Source: Methylovirgula sp. (GTDB taxonomy: Bacteria; Pseudomonadota; Alphaproteobacteria; Rhizobiales; Beijerinckiaceae). Taken from it: a DNA stretch of 64,000 bases. The translations under genes and the position numbers were made by a program. Location: positions 13,753 to 77,752 of the forward strand of contig DATFNQ010000132.1 of assembly GCA_035266305.1 (NCBI GenBank), read 5' to 3'. The notes under the pieces are model-generated. The model searched no databases. It was not told the DNA's origin and saw only the letters and a program-made list of their open reading frames with translations. Numbering within the stretch: position 1 is the first letter of the stretch; the number at the start of each line of letters is the position of its first letter. This document shows, one piece after another, positions 20,000-30,425 of the stretch.

Positions 20000-20512
20000 A
20001 TGAACAGCGTTCTCAAGAGCGAAGTTGCTCAGGCGCGCAGCGGGCGGGTGAACGAGGTAAGGCCGGCCTATATCGAGGCGCTCACTCTCGTCGAGCGTTT
20101 GCATCGGCGATTGCTCGACGTCATCAAGGACGAATTCGACCGGCGCGGACGCAGCGACGTGAATTCCGTGCAGGCCTTGCTGCTCTACAACATCGGTGAC
20201 AAGGAACTGACCGCCGGCGAGTTGCGTACGCGCGGCTATTATCTCGGCTCGAACGTGTCCTACAACGTGAAGAAGCTCGTGGAGATGAACTATCTCCACC
20301 ATGCCCGCTCGCGGCTCGACCGTCGCTCGGTCCGCATCAGCCTCACGCCAAAGGGCAAGGAAGTGCACGACATCGTCGCGGCGCTGTATGACAAGCATGT
20401 TCTGACCGTCGAGCAGATCGGCGGCATTTCCAACGACGAGTTCGGGCGGCTCAATCAATCCTTGAACCGCCTCGAGCGGTTCTGGACCGATCAAATCCGC
20501 TTTCGTCTCTGA
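20000..20512 (+). CDS. ldtR: MarR-family regulator LdtR
   Basis: VERLHRRLLDVIKDEFDR...RGYYLGSNVSYN; upstream of an L,D-transpeptidase. Confidence 0.85.
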   Translation: MNSVLKSEVAQARSGRVNEVRPAYIEALTLVERLHRRLLDVIKDEFDRRGRSDVNSVQALLLYNIGDKELTAGELRTRGYYLGSNVSYNVKKLVEMNYLHHARSRLDRRSVRISLTPKGKEVHDIVAALYDKHVLTVEQIGGISNDEFGRLNQSLNRLERFWTDQIRFRL

Positions 20513-20537
20513 GGCGGCAAGACAGGTTGGGGCGATT

Positions 20538-20582
20538 CGGCGCGCTCATTCCTAGCGGGGAATGGGCGCGCCGCCTTTTTTT
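20538..20582 (+). terminator. Rho-independent terminator after ldtR
   Basis: CGGCGCGCTCATTCC...GGAATGGGCGCGCCG then T7. Confidence 0.8.
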
Positions 20583-20856
20583 CCGCGTGGCGTGACGCAG
20601 TCGGGGGCGGATCATCTCGCGATGAATTGACTACGCGTCTGCTGCGGACTTGCTGAAATCGGCCTAGCATGCGCCCGAGTCTCAGCAACGGACCGAGAGA
20701 TTTTTACCTCTCGCGTGTTGCGCCACAAAATCGCCGCCCATTTGGGCCCTCTTAACCAAGAAAATGATAACTGGATCTCGCCAGCGGCCGGTTCGGCGAG
20801 CGGCCCCGGCAGGCGGTCGTGAGAAGATCCGGCAATCTTAAGGCGATATCGGCGGT

Positions 20857-22371
20857 TTGGCGGCGACCGGCCGGTCGGCCGCCCAGGGGCCCACGCAGAC
20901 TTTGGAGTTCGCATTGGCTAGATATTCGCTCGTCTTTTCAAGGCTCGGTGTCTCGCGCATTGGCCGTTATCTGGCCGCGGTCACAATCCCGGCTTGCGCT
21001 CTCATGGGGTTTGTGGGTCATGCCGCCGCTGGCGAAGGCTCTTTCGACAGCCAGGCCGAATGGGCGCAGGGCTATGACGCGGACGAGCACCTCGCCATAA
21101 CCCGTTCGGCCAACCCGGTGCTCTCGCCGGAGACCTTCGCGGCGACGGAACAGGCGACCGAACATTATCGCCAGATTGTCGCAGACGGCGGCTGGGTCCA
21201 GGTCCCCTCGGGCCATGACCTGAAGCTTGGCTCCCAAGGTGAGGCGGTCGTCGCGCTGCGGCGGCGGCTGGCAACCTCCGGCGATCTCGATTCGAGCGCC
21301 GGCGTCTCGCCGATCTTCGATTCCTATGTCGATGCGGCGGTCAGGCACTTCCAGGCACGCCACGGCCTCAACCAAACCGGAATCGTTGATCAGGATACGT
21401 TCACCGCGATGAACATTCCGGCCGACGTTCGCCTGCGGCAGCTCGAGATCAACATAGTGCGGCTCAAGGCCTATTCGGGCAATCTCGGCGAGCGATTCGT
21501 CATGGCCAATATTCCGGCCGCGGCGGTGGAGACGGTCGAGAACGGCGTCGTCGTCACGCGCCATATCGCCGGGGTCGGCAGGATCGACCGGCAATCGCCG
21601 GTCATGATCACCAAGGCGACCGAGATCAATTTCAACCCGTACTGGACGGTGCCGGTCTCGATCATCCGCAAGGACCTTATCCCGAGGATGCAGGCCAATC
21701 CCAATTATCTCGCCGAGCACAAGATTCGGATCTTCGACAAGGATGGCAACGAACTGCAGGCGAACCAGATCGACTGGAATTCGCTTGACGCGGTTAATTA
21801 CAAGTTTCGCCAGGATACCGGCGGCGACGTCAATTCGCTCGGTGTCGTGCGGATCAATATTCCCAACCCGTATGGCGTCTATATGCATGATACGCCGGAA
21901 AAGGGAATTTTCGGCGACGACGATCGGTTCATTTCCTCAGGCTGCATCAGGGTCCAGAATGTCCGCGACTATGTCGCCTGGCTGTTGAAGGACACGACCG
22001 GCTGGGATCGCGACCATATCGACGAGGTGATCCGCTCCGGCGAGCAGGTGGACGTGAAGCTCGCCGAGCCGATCCCGGTCTATTGGGTCTATATTACGGC
22101 CTGGGCTACGCCTGACGGCCTCGTCGAGTTCCGCGACGACATCTACCAGCGCGATGGGCTGGGTTCCATCGCCTCGATCCAGATGCCCGGGCAAACGCCG
22201 GAGCAGGGCTCGGCACCGCCCCCTGTCCAACCCCAGCAGGTTTCGACCGGCGCGCCGCCTCCCGAACCGCCTCAGGAGGTGCCACAAGCGCCGCCGCAGG
22301 ACGTGCCGCAGGCCTCGCCGGGACAGGATGGGGATCAGCAGCCGCTGCCCCCGATGAACGATACGCAATGA
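20857..22371 (+). CDS. L,D-transpeptidase with peptidoglycan-binding domain and Pro/Gln-rich tail (start uncertain)
   Basis: FQARHGL PG-binding motif; NPYWTVP; YMHDTP...SSGCIRV catalytic motif. Confidence 0.9.
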   Translation: MAATGRSAAQGPTQTLEFALARYSLVFSRLGVSRIGRYLAAVTIPACALMGFVGHAAAGEGSFDSQAEWAQGYDADEHLAITRSANPVLSPETFAATEQATEHYRQIVADGGWVQVPSGHDLKLGSQGEAVVALRRRLATSGDLDSSAGVSPIFDSYVDAAVRHFQARHGLNQTGIVDQDTFTAMNIPADVRLRQLEINIVRLKAYSGNLGERFVMANIPAAAVETVENGVVVTRHIAGVGRIDRQSPVMITKATEINFNPYWTVPVSIIRKDLIPRMQANPNYLAEHKIRIFDKDGNELQANQIDWNSLDAVNYKFRQDTGGDVNSLGVVRINIPNPYGVYMHDTPEKGIFGDDDRFISSGCIRVQNVRDYVAWLLKDTTGWDRDHIDEVIRSGEQVDVKLAEPIPVYWVYITAWATPDGLVEFRDDIYQRDGLGSIASIQMPGQTPEQGSAPPPVQPQQVSTGAPPPEPPQEVPQAPPQDVPQASPGQDGDQQPLPPMNDTQ

Positions 22372-22566
22372 GGCGCGCGCTGCGCCGGGCGCCTCACTTA
22401 TCTCGAATGGCCGGTGGGCGCAGCGGCCTTCCCTCGTCCAGGACTTCTTCCCGCCTTCACGCTGCGGGCCCGGCATGCTAAGTGCTGGCATGGCCCATAT
22501 GCCAGCCGCTCCGAGCGCCGTGCGCATTCTCTCGTCACGCCGCTATATTCTCAGGGTGCGTATCTC

Positions 22567-23868
22567 ATGAATCAATCCGATGCGAGCGCTCAGGCCGCGC
22601 TCAATTCCTTCTTTGCCGCCAGTCTCGCCGAGGACGATCCCGAAATCGCCGCGGCGATCGACAAGGAGCTTGGCCGCCAGAGGAACGAAATCGAGCTCAT
22701 TGCTTCCGAGAATATCGTCTCAAAGGCGGTGCTCGAAGCGCAGGGCTCGATCCTGACCAACAAATATGCCGAGGGCTATCCGGGCCGGCGCTACTATGGC
22801 GGCTGCCAATTCGTCGACATCGTCGAGACGCTCGCGATCGAACGCGTCTGCCGGCTCTTCGACTGCAAATTCGCCAATGTTCAGCCCAATTCCGGCAGCC
22901 AGGCCAATCAGGCGGTGTTTCTCGCTCTGCTTCAGCCGGGCGATACATTCATGGGGCTCGATCTCGCCGCCGGCGGGCATCTAACGCATGGCTCGCCGGT
23001 CAACCTCTCCGGCAAATGGTTCAAGCCGGTCTCGTACGGCGTGCGCCGCGACGACCATCGCATCGATATGGAGGCCGTCGCGCGGCTCGCCGAAGAGCAC
23101 AAGCCGAAGCTCATCATCGCCGGCGGCTCGGCCTATCCGCGCTTCTGGGATTTCGAGAAGTTCCGCGCCATTGCCGATTCGGTCGGAGCCTATTTCTTCG
23201 TGGACATGGCGCATTTCGCAGGTCTTGTGGCGGGCGGCGTGCATCCCTCGCCCTTCCCGCATGCGCATGTCGCGACCTCGACGACGCACAAGACGTTGCG
23301 CGGTCCGCGCGGCGGTCTCGTCCTCACCAATGACCCGGAGATCGCCAAGAAGATCAATTCCGCGGTTTTCCCGGGCCTGCAGGGCGGACCGCTGATGCAT
23401 GTGATCGCCGGCAAGGCGGTTTCCTTCGCCGAGGCGCTGCGGCCGGATTTCAAAGTCTATGCCCGCCAGGTCGTCGAGAATGCCAAGGCGCTTGCCGCGA
23501 CGATCGTCGACGGCGGTTTCGCGATCACCTCGGGCGGTACCGACAACCATTTGATGCTCGTCGATCTCCGCCCCAAGAACCTCACCGGCAAGGCGGCGGA
23601 GGCGGCGCTCTCCCGCGCCCATATCACCTGCAACAAGAACGGTGTCCCCTTCGATACGGCGGGCCCGATGGTCACCTCCGGCATCAGGCTTGGCACGTCG
23701 GCCGGCACGTCGCGCGGATTCGGCGTCGCCGAATTCAAGAAGATCGGCGAGTTGATCGTCGAGACCTTGGACGGGCTCGCCGCGAGCGGCGAAACCGGGA
23801 ATGGTTCGGTCGAGGCGACCGTGAAGGGCAAGGTGGACGAGCTGACGCGGCGCTTCCCGATCTATTGA
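22567..23868 (+). CDS. glyA: Serine hydroxymethyltransferase
   Basis: [26 protein letters not shown]. Confidence 0.97.
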   Translation: MNQSDASAQAALNSFFAASLAEDDPEIAAAIDKELGRQRNEIELIASENIVSKAVLEAQGSILTNKYAEGYPGRRYYGGCQFVDIVETLAIERVCRLFDCKFANVQPNSGSQANQAVFLALLQPGDTFMGLDLAAGGHLTHGSPVNLSGKWFKPVSYGVRRDDHRIDMEAVARLAEEHKPKLIIAGGSAYPRFWDFEKFRAIADSVGAYFFVDMAHFAGLVAGGVHPSPFPHAHVATSTTHKTLRGPRGGLVLTNDPEIAKKINSAVFPGLQGGPLMHVIAGKAVSFAEALRPDFKVYARQVVENAKALAATIVDGGFAITSGGTDNHLMLVDLRPKNLTGKAAEAALSRAHITCNKNGVPFDTAGPMVTSGIRLGTSAGTSRGFGVAEFKKIGELIVETLDGLAASGETGNGSVEATVKGKVDELTRRFPIY

Positions 23869-23877
23869 GGAGCCTCT

Positions 23878-24375
23878 ATGAGGTGCCCTTATTGCGGCAG
23901 TCTCGAAACGCAGGTGAAGGATTCGCGCCCGACGGAGGATGCTTCGTCGATCCGCCGCCGCCGCGTCTGCCCCGATTGCGGGGGCCGGTTCACCACATTC
24001 GAGCGCGTGCAATTGCGCGAGCTGATGGTCGTCAAGAAATCCGGCCGGCGCGTTCCCTTCGATCGCGACAAGCTGATGCGCTCGGTCGAGATCGCCTTGC
24101 GCAAACGGCCGGTCGACCCGGAGCGCGTCGAGCGGATGGTGAGCGGCATCGTGCGCCAGCTCGAAAGCCAGGGTGAGACCGAGATTCAAAGCGAGCGGAT
24201 CGGCGAGCTCGTCATGGAAGGATTGCGCTCGCTCGACAGCGTCGCCTATGTCCGCTTCGCCTCCGTCTACCGAAATTTCCGCGAGGCGCGCGACTTCAAC
24301 ACGCTGATCGACGAGCTTTCGCAAGGCGCGCCGGACGAGCCGCCGCGCCCGGCGAAATCCAAGCTGCAGGCATGA
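23878..24375 (+). CDS. nrdR: Transcriptional repressor NrdR
   Basis: CPYC...RRRRVCPDC zinc ribbon; ATP cone; AYVRFASVY. Confidence 0.96.
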   Translation: MRCPYCGSLETQVKDSRPTEDASSIRRRRVCPDCGGRFTTFERVQLRELMVVKKSGRRVPFDRDKLMRSVEIALRKRPVDPERVERMVSGIVRQLESQGETEIQSERIGELVMEGLRSLDSVAYVRFASVYRNFREARDFNTLIDELSQGAPDEPPRPAKSKLQA

Positions 24376-25511
24376 GCAGCCGCGTGCTGCGATCGGCCGC
24401 GACCGCCATGGACGAGGATGCGCGCATCATGGTGGCGGCGCTCAATCTGGCGCGGCGTGGATTGGGGCGCGTCGCGCCCAATCCCGCGGTCGGGGCTCTC
24501 GTCGTCAACAACGACATGATCGTCGGACGCGGCTTCACCGGGCCAGGCGGGCGTCCGCATGCCGAGGTTCTGGCCTTGCAGCAAGCCGCTGGCGAGGCCA
24601 AGGGCGCAACGCTCTACGTGACCTTGGAGCCTTGCAGCCATCATGGCCGAACACCGCCTTGCGTCGATGCGGTCATCGCGGCGGGCATCGCGCGCGTCGT
24701 TTCAACCATCGACGACCCAGAACCGCGCGTCGCGGGATCTGGCCATGGACGTTTGCGCGAAGCCGGGATCGAGGTCAGGACCGGCATTCTCGCCGAGGCG
24801 GCGCTTCGCGCTAATCTCGGCCATGTCCTGCGGGTGACGCGGGGGCGGCCGATGCTGACGCTCAAACTCGCCGAGACGGCCGACGGCTACGCCGCCGGCC
24901 GACGCGGCGCGCCGCGTCTGATGATCACCGACGCGCCTGCCACCGGCCGTGTTCATATGCTGCGCGCCATGCATGATGCGGTGATGGTCGGCAGCGGCAC
25001 GGCTCTGGCCGATGACCCAATGCTGAACGTCCGTCTGCCGCGAATGGAAGACTGCAAACCTTTGCGCGTCGTCCTCGATACGCACCTCGTCCTGCCGCCG
25101 AGCGCGCGGCTTGCGGTGACCGCGCGAGACCATCCAACTCTCGTCATCGCGGGGGAGGGCGCTTCAATGGAGGCCGCGGCTCGGCTCTTGGATCAAGGCG
25201 TCGAGGTGGAACGGGTGGCCTTCGACAATGCCGGTCACCTTCACCTTGCCGCGGTTCTCGCGCTTCTCGGCGCGCGCGGATTGACGCGGGTTCTTTGCGA
25301 AGGCGGCCCGCGTCTCGCCGCGGCCTTGATCGCGCGAGACCTGGCCGACGAAGTCGTGCTCTTTCGAAGCGGCAAGGCGCTCGGCCGGGCGGGTCTGCCG
25401 GCGCTCGATTCGGCGAGCTGCGCGGCGCTGACCGATTCCGCCCGCTATCGCTGCGCCGAGACCGGCCGGATCGGCCCCGATGCCTATCGTCTCTATGAAC
25501 GGGTGCTGTAA
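24372..25511 (+). CDS. ribD: Riboflavin biosynthesis deaminase/reductase
   Basis: [25 protein letters not shown]. Confidence 0.95.
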   Translation: MSSRVLRSAATAMDEDARIMVAALNLARRGLGRVAPNPAVGALVVNNDMIVGRGFTGPGGRPHAEVLALQQAAGEAKGATLYVTLEPCSHHGRTPPCVDAVIAAGIARVVSTIDDPEPRVAGSGHGRLREAGIEVRTGILAEAALRANLGHVLRVTRGRPMLTLKLAETADGYAAGRRGAPRLMITDAPATGRVHMLRAMHDAVMVGSGTALADDPMLNVRLPRMEDCKPLRVVLDTHLVLPPSARLAVTARDHPTLVIAGEGASMEAAARLLDQGVEVERVAFDNAGHLHLAAVLALLGARGLTRVLCEGGPRLAAALIARDLADEVVLFRSGKALGRAGLPALDSASCAALTDSARYRCAETGRIGPDAYRLYERVL

Positions 25512-25513
25512 TC

Positions 25514-26110
25514 ATGTTCACCGGTCTCATCAGCGCGGTCGGGACGATCGAAAGCATCGCGCCGCGCGGTGAACTCAAACACGCGCGGATCACCTCACCC
25601 GTTCCGGCCGACGAGATTACGGTCGGCGCGTCGGTCGCCTGCAGCGGCCCCTGCCTTACCGTTGCCGCGTGCGGCGCGGATGGCACTTGGTTTGAGGTCG
25701 ATGCCGGGGCCGAGACTTTGGCACGCACGACGGCGCGGAACTGGCGCGTCGGTACGCGGCTCAATCTCGAACGATCCTTGAAGATCGGCGATGAGCTCGG
25801 CGGCCATATGGTTATGGGCCACATCGACGGCGTCGCCAAGATCTTGGGCGTCGACGCCTTCGACGGCATGAAGCGCTTCACGATCGAGGCGCCGCCGCAT
25901 CTCTGTCGCTTCATCGCGGTCAAAGGCTCGGTTGCGCTCGATGGATGTTCGCTCACGGTGAATGAAGTCAATGGCGAACGATTTTCGATCCTGCTCATCC
26001 CGCACACGCTCGCGGTGACCACTTGGAACGAGCGGAAGGTGGGCGACGAGGTCAACCTCGAAGTGGACCTGATGGCCCGCTATGCGGCGCGCCTTCTGGA
26101 GCTCGACTAA
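25514..26110 (+). CDS. ribE: Riboflavin synthase
   Basis: MFTGL, LNLERSL, GGHMVMGHIDG, VNLEVD. Confidence 0.94.
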   Translation: MFTGLISAVGTIESIAPRGELKHARITSPVPADEITVGASVACSGPCLTVAACGADGTWFEVDAGAETLARTTARNWRVGTRLNLERSLKIGDELGGHMVMGHIDGVAKILGVDAFDGMKRFTIEAPPHLCRFIAVKGSVALDGCSLTVNEVNGERFSILLIPHTLAVTTWNERKVGDEVNLEVDLMARYAARLLELD

Positions 26111-27075
26111 AGTTCAGCGAAGCCCGTGGCGATCGCGTCGACCGGATATTCGAGCCGCGGATCCCAATGTGTTCTGTTCACAAGTTGAGGCGGCGCCCCG
26201 ATGATATCACCCTCGTCGACAATGGAATCATCGGCGCAGAACCCATTTCTCAGCCCGATCGTCCAGACGCCGCCGACCTTCTTCATCCAATATTCGTGCT
26301 CCACCGAAGCGGGCGTCTGCTCGCATGCGCCGATCGCCGCGTCCCACACCCGCTTCTCGATCGGCGACCCGTTCGGCCGCTCGGGGTGGACGACCATGAA
26401 GGCATAGCCGGCCGTGACGCGCATCTTCTCCACTTGAAACTCGATCGGCTTGCCAAACAGCTTTTCATAGATTGGGCGCACGGCGTCGAGCAGAGCGGTG
26501 CGGTCGGGCGATCCAGGCGGCGGCGTCACGACATCGCGCTGATCCACCTTTGGCGGGACCGGCAGCGGCGGCGGATTGAGAAGCTCGGCAAGCTGGTCCT
26601 TTGTCCATAGCGTCGTCGGTTGCGGACAGGCGTTGAAACCCGGGTCCCCGTGACTGTCGATCGCTACCCAGTGGGAGACGTAATTGCTCCACTCGAAATA
26701 GAGTTGGATGTCGATCGGGGTCTCGCGACCCGGACAGCGTTGGCGGGCAAGAGTAAGAGCGTCACCCTGAAGGGGCAGCAGGCGAAGGACGAGAATGGCG
26801 CGCCCAATGTTTCCCCAGCGGACTCCGTAAGTCAGGATCTCGTAACGCTCCTGATCGAAGCGTTTGTTCGCCGGCCAGTCGTAAAGGGCAAGCCAGGTCT
26901 CGATAAGGGCGCTCGCCGAAGGATCGTGGTCGGTCGAAGCCTGTGGCCGCTCGTTCGGCAACGGGCCCACGATCTGGGTGCCCTCGGGCGGCGCGGCTCT
27001 CGCAAGAGACGAACTCATCAGCAGGCAGCCGAGGGCCACGATACAGAAGTAAAAGTGAAGAGCTTTGGCTGGCAT
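26107..27075 (-). CDS. Exported hypothetical protein inserted antisense in the rib operon
   Basis: Signal-peptide-like N-terminus ending ARA; C-terminal PPPGSPDRTALLDAVR domain; four Cys in the mature region. Confidence 0.65.
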   Translation of the reverse strand: MPAKALHFYFCIVALGCLLMSSSLARAAPPEGTQIVGPLPNERPQASTDHDPSASALIETWLALYDWPANKRFDQERYEILTYGVRWGNIGRAILVLRLLPLQGDALTLARQRCPGRETPIDIQLYFEWSNYVSHWVAIDSHGDPGFNACPQPTTLWTKDQLAELLNPPPLPVPPKVDQRDVVTPPPGSPDRTALLDAVRPIYEKLFGKPIEFQVEKMRVTAGYAFMVVHPERPNGSPIEKRVWDAAIGACEQTPASVEHEYWMKKVGGVWTIGLRNGFCADDSIVDEGDIIGAPPQLVNRTHWDPRLEYPVDAIATGFAEL

Positions 27076-27235
27076 GGGCTTGTTGTGCGATATTGCCGGA
27101 TCTTGAACCGAAGATAATGGCGGATACGTGTTTATATCGCACTGCGGGACCGGCGCATTCCCGCTTGCAGCGCCGGCTTGCGGCAAGAGATGCGGCTTGT
27201 TAGTCAACCCGGCCGCAGGAGCGCAGAGACGAAGC

Positions 27236-27727
27236 ATGGCCGAGCCGCGCCGACCCACAAATTCCTCCGAGGAAAGCGTCAAAGGCGCATGTTTTCTCAT
27301 CGTCGAAGCGCGCTTCTACGAGGACATCGGCGCGCTCCTGCTCGAAGGAGCGGTCGCGGCCTTGAAGCGGGCCGAGGCGCGCCACCTTTGCTGGCAGGTG
27401 CCGGGCGCCTTGGAAATCCCGGTCGCGCTGGCGATGGCGCTCGACATGGCCGAAACGTCAGGCGCGCCCTTCCAAGGCGCGCTCGCGCTCGGCTGCGTCA
27501 TCCGCGGCGAAACCCCGCATTTCGACATTGTCGCAGGCGAGAGCGCGCGCGCTTTGATGGATCTCGCCGTCGCCAAAAAGCTCGCCTTCGGCAATGGTAT
27601 CTTGACCGTGGAAAACGCGGCGCAGGCGCTCGTGCGCGCCGACCCGGGCCAGGGCGACAAGGGCGGAGATGCAGCGCGCGCCGCGCTCGCATTGCATCGC
27701 CTCAAGGTCGGGCAGGGGGCGTCCTGA
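27236..27727 (+). CDS. ribH: 6,7-dimethyl-8-ribityllumazine synthase
   Basis: VPGALEIP, GCVIRGETPHF, GNGILT. Confidence 0.95.
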   Translation: MAEPRRPTNSSEESVKGACFLIVEARFYEDIGALLLEGAVAALKRAEARHLCWQVPGALEIPVALAMALDMAETSGAPFQGALALGCVIRGETPHFDIVAGESARALMDLAVAKKLAFGNGILTVENAAQALVRADPGQGDKGGDAARAALALHRLKVGQGAS

Positions 27728-28191
27728 TGGGCAAGGCGCCCCAGCGCTCTGCCGCCCGGCTCGCGGCCGTCCAGGCGCTTTATCAGATGGAAGTGTCGGG
27801 CAAGGGCCTTGCCGAAACGCTTGCTGAATTCGAGGCCTTCTGGATCGGTGGCGAGATCGACGGCGCGCAATATAACGCCGCCGAGATCGCCTTCTTTCGC
27901 GACGTGCTTAGCGGCGTTCTCGCCGATCAGGGCCCGATCGACAGAGCGATCGACAAGACGCTCGCCAAGGGCTGGCCCTTGGCGCGGGTCGATGCCGTGA
28001 TGCGGGCGATCCTGCGGGCCGGCACCTATGAAGTGACGAGGCGTAAGGACATCCCGGCGCGCGTCGTCATCAAGGAATATGTCGATGTCGCGGGCGCCTT
28101 CTTCGGACAGGACGAGTCCGGCATGATCAATGCGGTGCTCGACACCCTGGCGCGGCAATTCCGCCCGGAGGAGTTCGAAGAGCGCGGGTGA
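27727..28191 (+). CDS. nusB: Transcription antitermination factor NusB
   Basis: RSAARLAAVQALYQ, MINAVLD. Confidence 0.95.
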   Translation: MGKAPQRSAARLAAVQALYQMEVSGKGLAETLAEFEAFWIGGEIDGAQYNAAEIAFFRDVLSGVLADQGPIDRAIDKTLAKGWPLARVDAVMRAILRAGTYEVTRRKDIPARVVIKEYVDVAGAFFGQDESGMINAVLDTLARQFRPEEFEERG

Positions 28192-28229
28192 GGCGGCTAA
28201 CGATTAGCCGGAGGCTCGACGACGTTCGC

Positions 28230-28254
28230 TTGAAATTATGCCTTAACAGGCATA
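28230..28254 (+). promoter_or_regulatory. TA promoter/operator: TTGAAA followed by inverted repeat TATGCCT-TAAC-AGGCATA
   Basis: Perfect 7-bp IR just upstream of the toxin SD, as expected for antitoxin autorepression. Confidence 0.6.
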
Positions 28255-28276
28255 GATCTGGGAGAAATTCGAGGAC

Positions 28277-28675
28277 ATGCAAGGCCCGCCCAGCCCAGAC
28301 CAGCCCAAGCCGGTACGCTGGGTCGGCAGCAGTAGGGAAGACCTGAGCGGTTTTCCGGAAGAAGTGCGGCGCCGGTTCGGGGGCGCATTGTGGGAAGCGC
28401 AGATTGGCGGCAAAGCGGATTACGCGAAACCGCTGAAGGGCTTCGGCGACGCCAGCGTGTTGGAAATCGTGGATGACTTCGACGGAGATACTTTCCGCAC
28501 GGTCTACACGGTGCGATTTCCCAAGATGGTCTATGTGCTGCACGCGTTCCAGAAGAAATCGAAACGTGGCGTTGCCACGCCCAAAGGCGACCTAGAATTG
28601 ATCGACCGCAGGCTCAAGCGAGCGCAACAGGACTACGAGCATTGGTCAAAAATCGAAAAGCTGAAATCCCGGTGA
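28277..28675 (+). CDS. RelE/HigB-like (Gp49/DUF891) type II toxin
   Basis: VRWVGSSREDL, KPLKGFG, RTVYTV, YVLHAFQKKS. Confidence 0.88.
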   Translation: MQGPPSPDQPKPVRWVGSSREDLSGFPEEVRRRFGGALWEAQIGGKADYAKPLKGFGDASVLEIVDDFDGDTFRTVYTVRFPKMVYVLHAFQKKSKRGVATPKGDLELIDRRLKRAQQDYEHWSKIEKLKSR

Positions 28676-29091
28676 AAGCAAGCAGCGGTAACGTGTTCGC
28701 CGACATTGGATTGCCGCAACCCGAGGAGGAGCTGACCAAAGCGCAGCTTGCGAGCTATCTGCGGCAGGTGATCAAACGCCGACGCTTGACGCAGGTTGCC
28801 GCGGCCGCGCTCCTGGGCATCGATCAGCCGAAGGTGTCGGCCCTTCTTAACGGGCGACTTGCGAACTTCTCGAGCGAGCGCCTGATGCGTCTGCTAACCA
28901 CTCTCGGCCAGGATGTGGACATCACGGTTAGAGCGAAGCCGCGCAACCGTGCGCGTGGACGCGTTCGGGTTCTCGGCGAGCCCTTGGCTGAGCACAAGGC
29001 GGAGTTCAAAGCGCATTTGCTCGGCGGCCCCAAGGTGGGCGACTTTTCCATCGAGCGCGGCCACGATCCCGGTCGCAAGGTTGAGCTTTAG
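28642..29091 (+). CDS. HigA-like XRE-HTH antitoxin with atypical C-terminal extension
   Basis: SSGNVFADIGL, LTQVAAAALLGIDQPKVS, FSSERLMRLL..LGQDVDI; extra tail after RVRV. Confidence 0.85.
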   Translation: MVKNRKAEIPVKASSGNVFADIGLPQPEEELTKAQLASYLRQVIKRRRLTQVAAAALLGIDQPKVSALLNGRLANFSSERLMRLLTTLGQDVDITVRAKPRNRARGRVRVLGEPLAEHKAEFKAHLLGGPKVGDFSIERGHDPGRKVEL

Positions 29092-29167
29092 CCGGTCTTC
29101 ATCGATCCTTGGCAGGTCCACTGAGGGCAGGTAGCCTCCGACTCTTCCCTTCCGGGATCCTCAACCA

Positions 29168-30166
29168 GTGACATCAAAGCCGCGTCCTTCCGAAGACGAG
29201 ATCATCGCGAATTTTTTCGCGCCGCTGGCCGGGCCGGCCGGCCTCGGGCTCGTCGACGATGTCGCCTTGCTCGCCGTGCCGCCGGATCACGAGCTCGTCC
29301 TGACGACCGACGTGCTGACGTCCGGCGTGCATTTCTTCCCCGACGATCCGCCGGACGCGATCGCCCGCAAGGCTTTGCGCGCTAATCTCTCCGATCTCGC
29401 GGCCAAGGCGGCGGAGCCGGTCGGATTTCTTCTCGGCCTCGCCTTGCCCGACGATTGGACCGCGGATTGGCTTGCTGCCTTCGCGAAGGGACTTGCGGAA
29501 GATGCCGCGTGTTTCGATTGCCCGCTGATCGGCGGCGATACGGTGAAGAGTTTGGGCGCGCTGTCGCTTTCGATCGCCGCGCTCGGCACCGTGCCTAAGG
29601 GGAAGATGGTGCCGCGCGCCGGCGTTCAGGACGGCGATCTCCTCTATGTGACCGGCACGATCGGCGATGCGGCCTTGGGCCTGCGACTGCGTCGGGGAGC
29701 TGATCGGGCCTGGAGCGAGGCCCTGAGCAGGCCGGCGCGGGATTACCTGCTCATGCGCTATCTTCTGCCGCTGCCGCGGCTCGGTTTGCGCGACGCCCTG
29801 CGCGGCTTCGCCCATGCCGGCATGGACATTTCGGATGGGCTCGTTGGCGATCTGGCCAAAATGCTGGCTCTCACCGGCATGACGGTCGAAGTCGCGCTTC
29901 CCGATGTGCCGCTATCGAAGGCCGCCCGGCAGGCGCTGGCCCTGGACCCTTCCCTTGTCGAGCCTATCCTCACGGGGGGCGACGATTACGAAATCGTCTG
30001 CGCCGTTGCGCTGGCCGATCAGGCGGCCTTTGAGCGCGAGGCGGCCGCCGTGGGTCTCGCCGTCGCGCGAATCGGCACGGCCCAAAAGGGTGCGGAAAAA
30101 CCGCTGTTTCGGGATGGCGAGGGGCGGCCGCTGGCTTTTTCCGCGGCTTCTTACCACCATTTTTGA
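29168..30166 (+). CDS. thiL: Thiamine-monophosphate kinase
   Basis: GVHF, NLSDLAA, GGDT, MDISDGL, GGDDYE. Confidence 0.95.
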   Translation: MTSKPRPSEDEIIANFFAPLAGPAGLGLVDDVALLAVPPDHELVLTTDVLTSGVHFFPDDPPDAIARKALRANLSDLAAKAAEPVGFLLGLALPDDWTADWLAAFAKGLAEDAACFDCPLIGGDTVKSLGALSLSIAALGTVPKGKMVPRAGVQDGDLLYVTGTIGDAALGLRLRRGADRAWSEALSRPARDYLLMRYLLPLPRLGLRDALRGFAHAGMDISDGLVGDLAKMLALTGMTVEVALPDVPLSKAARQALALDPSLVEPILTGGDDYEIVCAVALADQAAFEREAAAVGLAVARIGTAQKGAEKPLFRDGEGRPLAFSAASYHHF

Positions 30167-30425
30167 CCTGCCGTCTGCCCGCAACCGCTTGAACGGTTGA
30201 GAGTTGCGGTCTGGCGGCCGGGGTACGATTGCGAAATTTGCCGCTTTCCGCCATGGTCCGTCCAGGGACGGCGCAAGCCGTCCGTTGGCTCGGCATTTTC
30301 GGCGAAAAGGGGGGAACCGCTCTGCGGCTCTTCGCTCGAAAATGCTTTCAATCAATATCACACGCGTTCCGGCGAAAACTGGGTTCAGGCTCCCGGCGCG
30401 TTTTGATCAAGAAGGGCGGAGATCA

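Noticed and set aside
22372-22566. ZMP/ZTP riboswitch upstream of glyA
   Set aside because: I could not find the conserved GACTGGCG...CGCCTGGG elements.
28188-28202. GTG AGG CGG CTA ACG (MRRLT) overlapping the nusB stop as a duplicated thiL start
   Set aside because: Too short, and not similar to the actual thiL 5' end at the nucleotide level.
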